A stretch of 32,000 nucleotides of DNA, taken from Methanocaldococcus jannaschii DSM 2661 (GTDB lineage: Archaea; AGJL01; Methanococci; Methanococcales; Methanocaldococcaceae). This document shows positions 1 to 8,102 of this stretch, in pieces. A program made the position numbers and the translations under genes. Below the pieces are notes generated by a model. It ran no database searches. It saw only the letters and a program-made list of their open reading frames with translations, and was not told where the DNA came from. Location of the stretch: positions 1,222,961 to 1,254,960 of the forward strand of contig NC_000909.1 in NCBI RefSeq assembly GCF_000091665.1, in the 5' to 3' direction. Position 1 is the stretch's first letter. The number at the start of each line of letters is the position of its first letter.

Positions 1-94
1 GTTTTGTATAAACTAAATACCTTGCTGGTAATATAGCATCTGTATCTACGTTATTTCCAAACTTCCAAACTCTTCCCTTTATTATACTTCTCAT
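1..94 (-). CDS. Aconitase-family small subunit (3-isopropylmalate / homoaconitate dehydratase small subunit, LeuD/HacB type). Only the first 31 codons are present; the gene runs off the left edge.
   Basis: Reverse translation from the ATG at 94..92 gives MRSIIKGRVWKFGNNVDTDAILPARYLVYTK. This is the typical GxxWxFGxNxDTDxIxPxxYL N-terminus of LeuD-like proteins. A GGTGAA motif lies just upstream. Confidence 0.75.
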   Translation of the reverse strand, partial: MRSIIKGRVWKFGNNVDTDAILPARYLVYTK

Positions 95-217
95 TATTTC
101 ACCTTTTGAATATGATTAATGTAGATTATAACTAAAATAAAAAGTAAGTGAATAAATAAGTTTTGTTTTCTGTATTGTTTAATATGAAAATCTAAATATA
201 AGAAAATAGAAATAACA

Positions 218-757
218 TTAGTCAAACTTCTTTTTTAATGGCTCTAAATGTTTAACTAATGTATTTAATATCTTCTCCAATTCTTCCCTAAGGGCTTCTT
301 TTTCTATTCTATCTGATTTTATATATTTTCCTAAATCTTCAATATATGTTGTTGTTGCTATTATGTAGTTCAAATCATGATTTATTTTAACTTTTCCAAA
401 TATTGGAATTTTAAACATATTTTTAAAATCAGTTTGATACATAACTAAAACATCATTTGGTTCAACCAAGTCATTTTTAATTACTGCTTCAAATGTTAAA
501 ACTGACTGAGAACCAAGAATTTTTGACGCCATCCCCTCAATTTTTCTATCTACCGTAATCCTAAGTATGTGTAAGACCGGATGATTTACAAATTTGAAGG
601 TTAAGCTGTGAGAGCTTTCTGTTGGTGAGTTAATTTCTGTTAAAACAGCTCCATTTTTATACATAAAATTTATTAACTCACCAACGAATATCTCGTCAAT
701 GCTCTTAGTGTATTCTCTTGAATGAGTTATTTTTTTAGCTAAATCAAAAATTCCCAT
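218..757 (-). CDS. Hypothetical soluble protein, downstream member of a tandem paralog pair.
   Basis: 179-aa ORF. Its ATG directly follows the TAA of the upstream gene, with an AGGTGGA SD. It aligns to the upstream ORF: IDEIFVGELINFMYKNGAVL vs IDEVFLGAIITTLTDNGYVL, and ILNTLVKHLEPLKKK vs IISSLAKYLEIHKK. Confidence 0.7.
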   Translation of the reverse strand: MGIFDLAKKITHSREYTKSIDEIFVGELINFMYKNGAVLTEINSPTESSHSLTFKFVNHPVLHILRITVDRKIEGMASKILGSQSVLTFEAVIKNDLVEPNDVLVMYQTDFKNMFKIPIFGKVKINHDLNYIIATTTYIEDLGKYIKSDRIEKEALREELEKILNTLVKHLEPLKKKFD

Positions 758-1303
758 TTATTCCACCTTTTTATGAATTTCTAAATATTTAGCAAGAGAG
801 GATATTATTGCATTTATATCATTATTTAGTTTTTCCCAATCAATCGTTAGCGTGTCAAAGTCAATGTAATCGTTTATTAGCAAATAAGTTGCACAATTTA
901 CAAAAGTATAATAACCATCATACTCATATCTAATACTTCCAATGTTTGATAGCATTTGAGATAGGTATCCTTTTAATCCTAAACCAAATAAGGATGGTGG
1001 GATTCCTTTAATCATAACCCCATAAGAAAATTCAATAAACATCCTCGCCCCTATAACTTTGACATCTGTTAATGAGTGGGGAAGCACTTCAGCAACTATT
1101 TTTATTCTATCCCAGCTTTCTAAATGTTCAAACATAAAGTAATGGAAGTTTCCATTTGAAGCGATGTCCATTAAAACATATCCATTGTCAGTTAATGTTG
1201 TTATTATTGCCCCTAAAAAAACTTCATCAATATATGTTGCTTTATTTTCTTCATTTTTTAATTTCCAACCTTTTTTTATTAATTCTATAAACCTCTTATC
1301 CAT
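758..1303 (-). CDS. Hypothetical soluble protein, upstream member of the tandem paralog pair.
   Basis: The ORF-track start at 1315 is a GTG extension. The ATG at 1303 (MDKRFIELIKKG...) is preceded by GGTGAT with a 4-nt spacer. Paralogous to 218..757. Confidence 0.7.
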   Translation of the reverse strand: MDKRFIELIKKGWKLKNEENKATYIDEVFLGAIITTLTDNGYVLMDIASNGNFHYFMFEHLESWDRIKIVAEVLPHSLTDVKVIGARMFIEFSYGVMIKGIPPSLFGLGLKGYLSQMLSNIGSIRYEYDGYYTFVNCATYLLINDYIDFDTLTIDWEKLNNDINAIISSLAKYLEIHKKVE

Positions 1304-1496
1304 TAAAATCACCAATTGCCATAATAAAATTTTTAATACTTTAAACTATTTATAGAAATAATTTTAAAGTATTTATTAGGTATCCATTCAACTATATAAA
1401 AATTTCTACTGTATTCAGGTATATTGCTTAAAAATTTAAAATTTTATATTAGTTTTAAATATAAAAATTTGTATATTTAAATATATAGGTGAAAAT

Positions 1497-1970
1497 ATGA
1501 ATTTAATATTAACTCTACTCATAATTTTTGCCATAATTGGGCTTTTAATTTTAATTTTTGGAATTTGGCTGATAAAAAAACTTCTATTTCCAAAAAAGAA
1601 GCCAAAACCATATCAAGTTAGACATGGAAGCTCATCAAGTAAAAGAGGTTATGGAAGTCATGATGTTTATCATCACCATTATGTAACTAAAGATGTCTAT
1701 GTCCATGATTATGGCGATGACGACATTTATGATGAAAGAGGAAAAAAAGAGGGTGATAAAGATGATAGTTTAATAGATAAAGCCATTGCCTTTGGAGCTG
1801 GAGCAGTAACTGGTTATGGAGTAGCAGAATATGGTGAAGAGATTAAAGAAGAGGTTGAAGATATTGTAAAAGAGGGAGAAGATATAATTGATGATATTGT
1901 GGAAGAGGCAGAGGACTTTGTTGAAGATGTTGTTGATGACTTTGATAATGGAGGAGACGACGACTATTAA
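1497..1970 (+). CDS. Small membrane-anchored protein with a His/Tyr/Asp-rich middle and an extremely acidic C-terminal tail.
   Basis: It has an N-terminal TM helix ([24 protein letters not shown]), then an [21 protein letters not shown] segment, then a D/E-rich tail ([40 protein letters not shown]). An AGGTGA SD precedes the ATG and AT-rich TATA-like sequence lies upstream. Confidence 0.7.
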
Positions 1971-1986
1971 AGAGGAGGTGTTTTTT

Positions 1987-4900
1987 ATGAAAAAATTTGT
2001 TATTATTTTGACTATTTCGATTGCTGTCCTATTTGCTGGTTGTGTTTCAGAGGAAGGAAGTTATGAAGAGTCAAAAATATCTGAAAAATCTATATCATCA
2101 CCATTAGATATTGTTCCAAAATCATCTGAAAAAGTTGTATATACTAAAACAGAAGGATTTGTTGATTTATTGGGAGAGAATAGTGAAATAGTAAATGCAT
2201 ATAAGGAGTTAATTGGGAAGTATGGTTTAAGTGTGGATGATATTGAATACACAATCCAAGCAGACAATACTTATGTATTAAAGGGATATGGCTTAGATGA
2301 ATATAAATTCATGGACGAACTTGGCTTAGATTATAAAGAAGAAAAATATAATGGAGCAAATATGCTTATAAATGAAAATCACAATTATGCTGTTGCAAAA
2401 TACAAAAATTACCTTATTCATGGAAATACTGAAGATGTAAAAAGAGTTATAGACACAATAAAAGGGGACTATCCATCGATAACAGAGAAGAAGGAAATTA
2501 AGGACATGTTAAGTAAAGTAGATGACGATTATGTAATAGCAAATATCGGAAGAAATTATAAGGGGTATTATGGCGCTTTTATATACCTTAAGGGAAGAAA
2601 TGTAGAGTTTGATGTTGTTGCCGTATATAATGACGTAGATGATGCAAAAGAGCAGTATGAATATGTAAAAGAGGAATTAGAGGATGAATTAGATAATGGA
2701 AACATCAAAGATTACGATATAGATAGGGATGGCAATATAGTTGTAGCAAAGGTAATAATGAGTAAAGAGGAATTCTTAGGAGATTATGCTAACAAACTTG
2801 GTTTAAATTTTGGAAATGAAATAAAATACAATACTGAAAATGAATACAATACACAAACTAAAGAGAAAAGTGAATTTAACCACGATAATACCAACAAAGT
2901 TAATAAAAATATCAATCTTGAAGAGCCATATAATTTAATCCCAAATGTGTTTTGGGCGAGCTATGTGGATGTAGGAAAGTTTTCTAAAGTGGTGAAGGGA
3001 AAGGGCGTGTATGATGAGTTAAACAGTATATTAAAGTGCTATGGATTATCTCCAGATGATGTTGAGTTTTATATGAACTTAGAAACAGCCAATTTAATAA
3101 AAACAGATAAACTAACTGCTAAAGAATACTTAAAAAAATTGGGCTATAGTTACAATGAGGAATATTATGGTGGAGCTACTTTGTTAGTATATACTACAGA
3201 AGTATCTGATATGGTAGGCAAATTTGCAGCTACAAACTATAAAGGATATTTCATATTTGGATTAAAAGGAGGAGTTGAAAAAGTTATTGATGCTATAAAT
3301 GGAAAAAATAATTTGGTAACTGAAGATGAAAATATAAGAGAGATAATAAATGAAATGCCAAAAGGATATTTTGCATTCAAATTATACAATCAGTTTGATG
3401 CAGATGGAGGGGAATTTTATTATGATGAGGGAGATAAAATTGTAATTAAGGGACTTTGGATATGTATTGATGATGAATATGCTAAAAAAAGAAAATATAT
3501 TATAGAAAATGATTATGAAAACTATGGATATACAGATTATAATATTGAAGTGGATGGAAATAGAGTAACAACCACACTTACTATTGACAAAGATGAGTTT
3601 GGTGAGTATGATGGATACACTCTTGTAAGTTCTGATTGGATTGGATTGAAAAAACTTGAAAATTGTGAAAATGTAAATGAAGAAGAAGAAAACCAAATTA
3701 ATGAAGAGCAACAAACCAACGTAGAAAATGAACAACAGACCGAACAGCAGTTTGAAAATGAAGATAAAGAGACCAACACTTATGAATTACCTTTAACATG
3801 GAAAGAACTCGAAGTTGCAGGAATGGATGGAGTTATGTTCGACTTTGGAAATAAGAAAGTAACATTTGAAGATTGGAAATATAGCCCTTGTGAATTTAGA
3901 AATCCAATAATTATAGATGGAAATAAAATATGGTGTTTTGGATTTAGTGGAGGAGAGTATGGATATTTCACATATAACGATAATATGGGATTCGATGCCG
4001 ATGTTGATGACATAATTTTAATAGAAATGCCTTACAATGTAAAAGCAGTATGTGATGACTTTTATGGAGCGGGGTGGTTTATAGAGGATGATAATGGAAA
4101 GTTGCATCATGTAATATTTGACTGTCCAAAAGAAACAATAATGGATAAAACAGGAAATGTTGAAATTGATTTAGCTAAAATTAAAAAAGATGTTGTGGTA
4201 GCAAATGTGGATGTTGATGAATTGATGGCTGGAGCAGAGGATAATAAAAATAATTACAAAATAGTTATTGGTTGGAAAGGAAATAAACTTTACTTAATTA
4301 CTATGGAGAAAGATAAGTTTGAAGATTGGGCTTATAACAGTAAATATGAAGATGGATTTGATGAACCATTCCCACCTGTGCAAATTAAGGAGTTTGAGTT
4401 TAATGGTAATATAATAGATGCAAGAAGTGATTTTAGGAATTATATAATAGTGGCAACAGAAAATGGGCTTTATATAATAACTGTTTATAAAAGAGAGCCA
4501 GATGAGTTTAAAATAACTGACTCTTTAAAAACAAATATTGAATGTTATGCTTTTGATACAGGTTCTGGATTATTGGTATATTATGATGGAAGTAAGGTAT
4601 ATTATACAGATATAAAAATTAAATCTGAATCAGATAATTCGGATATTTACTATATTGCAAGAAACTATGAAGGTGGCTTAAATATTGATGGAGTTACTGG
4701 ATTGTCAATATGTCATAACTACAATTGGCTTGGGACACAAGTGGAAGTGGCTGGAGATGGATGGATAAAAACCTACAATATAGAGTTTGAAGCTAAAAAA
4801 GATGCAGAAGGGAACTCTGTATATGACGAAAATGGAAATTCAATATATATAGTTAAATTCGAGCCAAAAAATGTATATTACGATGAAATTTATGATAAAT

Positions 4901-5034
4901 ATTATAGCATAAGTGTCCCATTTGCTGGAAAGTATATTTATAGAGGAGATAGTGGGGATTCAAAAAATGGACGTGTAGAGTTTAGGGTTTATACAACAAA
5001 CAACAAGCTCTATCTATTTGGAACTAATTGGTAA
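1987..5034 (+). CDS. Large secreted lipoprotein (~1015 aa) with two tandem ~245-aa repeat modules, a Q/E/N-rich linker and a beta-rich C-terminal domain.
   Basis: The start is re-placed at ATG 1987 (MKKFVIILTISIAVLFAGC, a lipobox-like FAGC) behind a GGAGGTG SD; the track start at 1888 overlaps the previous gene. The internal repeat spans 2101..2820 vs 2930..3653, e.g. YKELIGKYGLSVDDIEY / LNSILKCYGLSPDDVEF and DVKRVIDTIKGD / GVEKVIDAINGK. The linker NEEEENQINEEQQTNVENEQQTEQQFENEDKE lies at about 3654..3779. Confidence 0.8.
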   Translation: MKKFVIILTISIAVLFAGCVSEEGSYEESKISEKSISSPLDIVPKSSEKVVYTKTEGFVDLLGENSEIVNAYKELIGKYGLSVDDIEYTIQADNTYVLKGYGLDEYKFMDELGLDYKEEKYNGANMLINENHNYAVAKYKNYLIHGNTEDVKRVIDTIKGDYPSITEKKEIKDMLSKVDDDYVIANIGRNYKGYYGAFIYLKGRNVEFDVVAVYNDVDDAKEQYEYVKEELEDELDNGNIKDYDIDRDGNIVVAKVIMSKEEFLGDYANKLGLNFGNEIKYNTENEYNTQTKEKSEFNHDNTNKVNKNINLEEPYNLIPNVFWASYVDVGKFSKVVKGKGVYDELNSILKCYGLSPDDVEFYMNLETANLIKTDKLTAKEYLKKLGYSYNEEYYGGATLLVYTTEVSDMVGKFAATNYKGYFIFGLKGGVEKVIDAINGKNNLVTEDENIREIINEMPKGYFAFKLYNQFDADGGEFYYDEGDKIVIKGLWICIDDEYAKKRKYIIENDYENYGYTDYNIEVDGNRVTTTLTIDKDEFGEYDGYTLVSSDWIGLKKLENCENVNEEEENQINEEQQTNVENEQQTEQQFENEDKETNTYELPLTWKELEVAGMDGVMFDFGNKKVTFEDWKYSPCEFRNPIIIDGNKIWCFGFSGGEYGYFTYNDNMGFDADVDDIILIEMPYNVKAVCDDFYGAGWFIEDDNGKLHHVIFDCPKETIMDKTGNVEIDLAKIKKDVVVANVDVDELMAGAEDNKNNYKIVIGWKGNKLYLITMEKDKFEDWAYNSKYEDGFDEPFPPVQIKEFEFNGNIIDARSDFRNYIIVATENGLYIITVYKREPDEFKITDSLKTNIECYAFDTGSGLLVYYDGSKVYYTDIKIKSESDNSDIYYIARNYEGGLNIDGVTGLSICHNYNWLGTQVEVAGDGWIKTYNIEFEAKKDAEGNSVYDENGNSIYIVKFEPKNVYYDEIYDKYYSISVPFAGKYIYRGDSGDSKNGRVEFRVYTTNNKLYLFGTNW

Positions 5035-5050
5035 TAAAATACATATGTAA

Positions 5051-5056
5051 TTTTTT
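5051..5056 (+). terminator. Oligo-T tract downstream of the lipoprotein gene, a possible archaeal intrinsic termination signal.
   Basis: A T6 run lies 17 nt after the TAA at 5032..5034. Archaeal RNAP terminates at oligo-T stretches. Confidence 0.3.
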
Positions 5057-5094
5057 GCAAACATTTTAAAATACATAATGTAGTGATGAATACT

Positions 5095-5335
5095 GTTTCC
5101 CGTTTCCATAGCTTACCATAGCATTTAATAACTTACTATACGAATCGGTAAGCTATGGAAATGGGTTGTCCTCAGCCCATAGCTTCATCGGGAGCACCAT
5201 TCCCTTCACTATGAGTTCATCAGACTTAGGACTGAACAGATACAGCCCCAAAATCCAAACTTCGTTAATATTTAGTATCAACATTTCGTCTCGAAGGCAA
5301 AGCCTCCTCATTAACATTATGATATAACAATACAT
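5095..5335. repeat. GC-elevated hairpin-rich noncoding block. It is either a structured ncRNA candidate or a copy of the hairpin-element family seen in bioB, bioA and the ATPase gene.
   Basis: A 19-bp stem pairs 5099..5117 (CCCGTTTCCATAGCTTACC) with 5147..5165 (GGTAAGCTATGGAAATGGG), with one G-T pair and a 29-nt loop. There is a third CCATAGCTT copy at 5178. GAAGGCAAAGCCTCC at 5293..5307 resembles the AGAGGCAAAGCCTCT hairpin at 26410..26424. GC content is clearly above the flanking AT-rich spacer. Confidence 0.55.
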
Positions 5336-5433
5336 ATTACTATTTTAATAAAAAAACAATATTTATATTGTGATATTGTTTATGAGATTGTTAAGTTAAG
5401 TTTTTATTAAATATTGATAAAAAATAATAAACT

Positions 5434-5745
5434 ATGAGGCTCACGATAGAAGTTATAAAGGAGAGAATCGTAGAGAGGAAGCTTTTTAAAAGGAATAGGA
5501 ATCGATAGAGGTTAAAATCTTAGCAGGGCTTTTATACTACCTCGGATTATCATTGAGGAAAGTGGTTTATCCCCCTCCAAATTCGAAGATATAAGTCACG
5601 AATCGATTAGAATTTATTATCATAAGATTAAAGAGGTTTTAAATAGATTTCCAAGTAATAGTAAATTCGATACGGTTGTTAGTTGGATAAAAAGCTTCAT
5701 GATGTTCTATAATTGGGTGAAATCACTAACTTGACAACCTCGGTG
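5434..5745 (+). mobile_element. Decayed, internally deleted IS6/IS240-like transposase remnant (pseudogene fragments in three frames).
   Basis: Frame pieces read [54 protein letters not shown] and [54 protein letters not shown]. The first pieces match an HTH segment (LYxxGLSLRxV ... vShxxIxxwxxK). The last matches the extreme C-terminal FxxfYNxvR/K motif of DDE transposases. The catalytic core is missing. Confidence 0.5.
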
Positions 5746-5750
5746 ATAGA

Positions 5751-6809
5751 ATGAGGAAGATTATTTTAATATTTTTTATATTTTTAATACTCCAAAATAT
5801 CTACGCTTATGAAAAAATCTATGATGTTAATCATGTTTGCTACTACACATTAACATCTGTTGAACTTCAAAAATTTGTAAAAACTGCAGAGATTATAACC
5901 CCCTTAAACGCAGATAACAAAACAACAATTACAAAAGATACAATATTAGTTGGCAATCCAGAAGAAAATCCTTTAACAAAAAAATACATTGGATTCTTTA
6001 AAATAAAAATAAATAAAACCTTTCCAGGAAAAAATAAAGGGATTATTGAAAAACAGATAATAAATGGACATACAGTCATTCTATTAGCTGGTTCTGATAT
6101 ACAGGGAACTTATGCATCAATAATAACATTTGCTAATCTAAACGACATTCCAGAAAACCCAATTATATGTGAAACCTCAAACAAAGTTAATATTTACAGC
6201 ACGTCTCTTAATAGTGAATATTTTAGAGACTTTATTGAAAAAAATATATTAACACCAAAAGAAATTGAAAAAGTTAAATCCCTATCTTATAAATTAAAAG
6301 GAAAGGATAAAAAGGCTACTATTGAAAATATAGCAAAGTGGGTAGCAAACAACATAAAGTATGATTATGATAAGTGTAAAAAAATAGAAAGTGGAAAATT
6401 TAGCTGGGATGAGTACAATACCCCATCAGAAACGGTAAAAACAAAAAAAGGAGTTTGTTTAGATTACGCCACATTAACCTCCGCTCTATTGCTAAATGAT
6501 AATATAATCCCTTATATGTTAGATGTTGCTTTATATAATACCTCATCATTAAAAATCTCATCCTATCATGCTTCAGTTGCTGTGAAAATAGATAATACAT
6601 ACTTTGTTATAGACCAACAGCCATATTTGATTCCAATTAACGAATATACTGCCCAAACATTTGAAGACAATTTGAGAATCGCCAGCATTGTAATGTTTAG
6701 AGTTGTAAAAGAAAGGGATGGCATAAAATTAATAAAAGAAAAAGAAGTTCCAGGAATTGCAATATATGGGGATTTAATAAACCTCTTAGAAATGAGATTT
6801 AATAACTAA
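5751..6809 (+). CDS. Secreted transglutaminase-like (papain-fold Cys-His-Asp) superfamily protein.
   Basis: It has a signal peptide (MRKIILIFFIFLILQNIYAY). The core motif KKGVCLDYATLTSALL (G-x-C-x-D-[YF]-A) is followed by SSYHASVAVKIDNTYFVIDQQ, which supplies the His and Asp. The 3' end overlaps the convergent peptidase gene by 24 nt. Confidence 0.7.
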   Translation: MRKIILIFFIFLILQNIYAYEKIYDVNHVCYYTLTSVELQKFVKTAEIITPLNADNKTTITKDTILVGNPEENPLTKKYIGFFKIKINKTFPGKNKGIIEKQIINGHTVILLAGSDIQGTYASIITFANLNDIPENPIICETSNKVNIYSTSLNSEYFRDFIEKNILTPKEIEKVKSLSYKLKGKDKKATIENIAKWVANNIKYDYDKCKKIESGKFSWDEYNTPSETVKTKKGVCLDYATLTSALLLNDNIIPYMLDVALYNTSSLKISSYHASVAVKIDNTYFVIDQQPYLIPINEYTAQTFEDNLRIASIVMFRVVKERDGIKLIKEKEVPGIAIYGDLINLLEMRFNN

Positions 6810-7550
6810 TTCTATTACTTTAAAAATCAACGGAAAAGGAGAGACAATATACAAAATATAAGAAAGACATATGAAAACCAAAAAAGGGAGTTGAGGAGTA
6901 ACCCAAACTTTTCCTTTGTATGTTTTTTTCTCTTCCTTTTCTTCATTTATATTGGGAATTAAGGAAAGGTTTTCATCATCCCCCATAATGGTCTCAAATT
7001 TTTTAACTTTGTCTATATCTTTTTTTAAAGCTATAAACAATAATGGTAAATTCTTTAACTTTAATCTTTTATGATTTCCATTTTTTAGGTTTATTAATAA
7101 GATAAATATACAGTAGGGGATGACAAAAAGTATTGCATTTAAAAAAATAATGAAGGTAAAGAACATCCCTTTTAAATAACTCAGCCCCATTAAAAATTTA
7201 CAATCTCCTCCTCCCATAAAATTAAGGTAGTATAAAAAAATTCCAATCAAATAAAATACTAAAAAAGATAACGCAAAGTATGATTTAAACAAAATAAATG
7301 ACAATAAAAATAAAAACACTCCAATATAAACTAACTTATTAAACTTTTCATATCTAACAGATAGGGTAATAAATAAAACAGCAAAAATCTCAATAAAAAA
7401 TAGTAATAAACTTTTATTATATAGGAGATGAATAAAAACTCCTACCCAGAGCATAGATATCCATAAAAAGTCAGTAACCTCTCTTTTTCTCCAATCCTCA
7501 ACTGCCCCATATATTGAGCAAATCAACCCATATAAATAACCCAAATCCAT
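6786..7550 (-). CDS. Archaeal A24-family prepilin/preflagellin peptidase (EppA/FlaK-like).
   Basis: Polytopic membrane protein. The first acidic motif is near the N-terminus (AVEDWRKREVTD) and a second GxGD-type motif (NFMGGGDCKFLMGLS) follows. It is the last gene of the pilus-like operon. Confidence 0.8.
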   Translation of the reverse strand: MDLGYLYGLICSIYGAVEDWRKREVTDFLWISMLWVGVFIHLLYNKSLLLFFIEIFAVLFITLSVRYEKFNKLVYIGVFLFLLSFILFKSYFALSFLVFYLIGIFLYYLNFMGGGDCKFLMGLSYLKGMFFTFIIFLNAILFVIPYCIFILLINLKNGNHKRLKLKNLPLLFIALKKDIDKVKKFETIMGDDENLSLIPNINEEKEEKKTYKGKVWVTPQLPFLVFICLSYILYIVSPFPLIFKVIELVIKSHF

Positions 7551-7562
7551 ACTTCCACCAAA

Positions 7563-8102
7563 TTAATTAATGTTCCAGCTTTGATATTCAAAAGAATTAT
7601 TTAAAGATGAATAAAACATCCTTGGAGTCGTTATAAAAATATCTGTCAAAACAAATCCCTTAGAAGATATTCCTTTTTGTGGATTAAAAATTGTTATGTT
7701 GTGATTAAAATCTTCATCATGCAAAGAAACATAAAGCATTGGTGAATTACCATAAATGACATTGAAATAGCTATTTTTGCAGGATTCATTTAGGATGAGA
7801 TAAGAAGTGTCACTAAAATTGTTTATACTCTCATTAAGATTATAGTTAAGAATTACATCTGAATAGTTATTTAACAACTCAACTTCAATTGGCGAAGTTG
7901 TATCATTAAAGACAAAATTACCGCTTTCATTAATTGTTATAGTATAGTTTTTATATGAACTTTTAACATATAATATTCCAGAAAAGCTTCCATTCATTGA
8001 CATGTTTATATATGTTACATTCTCAGAGTTATTGTAATATCCACTTGTATTTATAAAGGATACATTTTCTGCCAATGAGTTGTTAAAAACATCCTTTGCC
8101 AT
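7563..8102 (-). CDS. N-glycosylation-sequon-rich extracellular domain protein, probably the C-terminal part of the upstream prepilin-like gene.
   Basis: 179 aa with 16 N-x-S/T sequons by my count. It has no signal peptide or TM and no SD before its ATG. It overlaps 8051..8704 by 52 nt in another frame. Confidence 0.55.
   Translation of the reverse strand: MAKDVFNNSLAENVSFINTSGYYNNSENVTYINMSMNGSFSGILYVKSSYKNYTITINESGNFVFNDTTSPIEVELLNNYSDVILNYNLNESINNFSDTSYLILNESCKNSYFNVIYGNSPMLYVSLHDEDFNHNITIFNPQKGISSKGFVLTDIFITTPRMFYSSLNNSFEYQSWNIN

Noticed and set aside
1888-1986. The ORF-track start of the 1048-aa ORF ([13 protein letters not shown]...), which overlaps the 3' end of 1497..1970.
   Set aside because: The extension has no SD, overlaps the upstream gene in another frame and encodes an implausible leader. 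The ATG at 1987 has a GGAGGTG SD and a lipoprotein signal peptide.
2061-4013. Several minus-strand ORFs (2061..2267, 3382..3735, 3537..3779, 3780..4013) inside the lipoprotein gene.
   Set aside because: They are shadow ORFs antisense to a 3-kb gene, with low-complexity S/F/I-rich translations. The same reasoning applies to 5867..6079, 6400..6600, 13398..13586, 17529..17717, 19275..19552, 21160..21399, 21976..22158, 22231..22437, 22801..23133, 24186..24392, 24471..24677, 25101..25391, 26743..26970, 27491..27721, 27960..28187 and 29010..29237.
5153-5335. A 60-aa minus-strand ORF (MYCYIIMLMRRLCLRDE...) in the intergenic block.
   Set aside because: It runs through hairpin-forming repeat DNA, lacks an SD and has odd composition. 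It is more likely an open frame of the repeat element than a gene.
5552-5566. The string GAGGAAAGTGG, which resembles the RNase P RNA CR-I motif GAGGAAAGUCC.
   Set aside because: It differs from the CR-I motif at its last two positions. It lies inside the transposase-remnant reading frame (SLRKVV). None of the other conserved RNase P regions or a GC-rich helical context is present.
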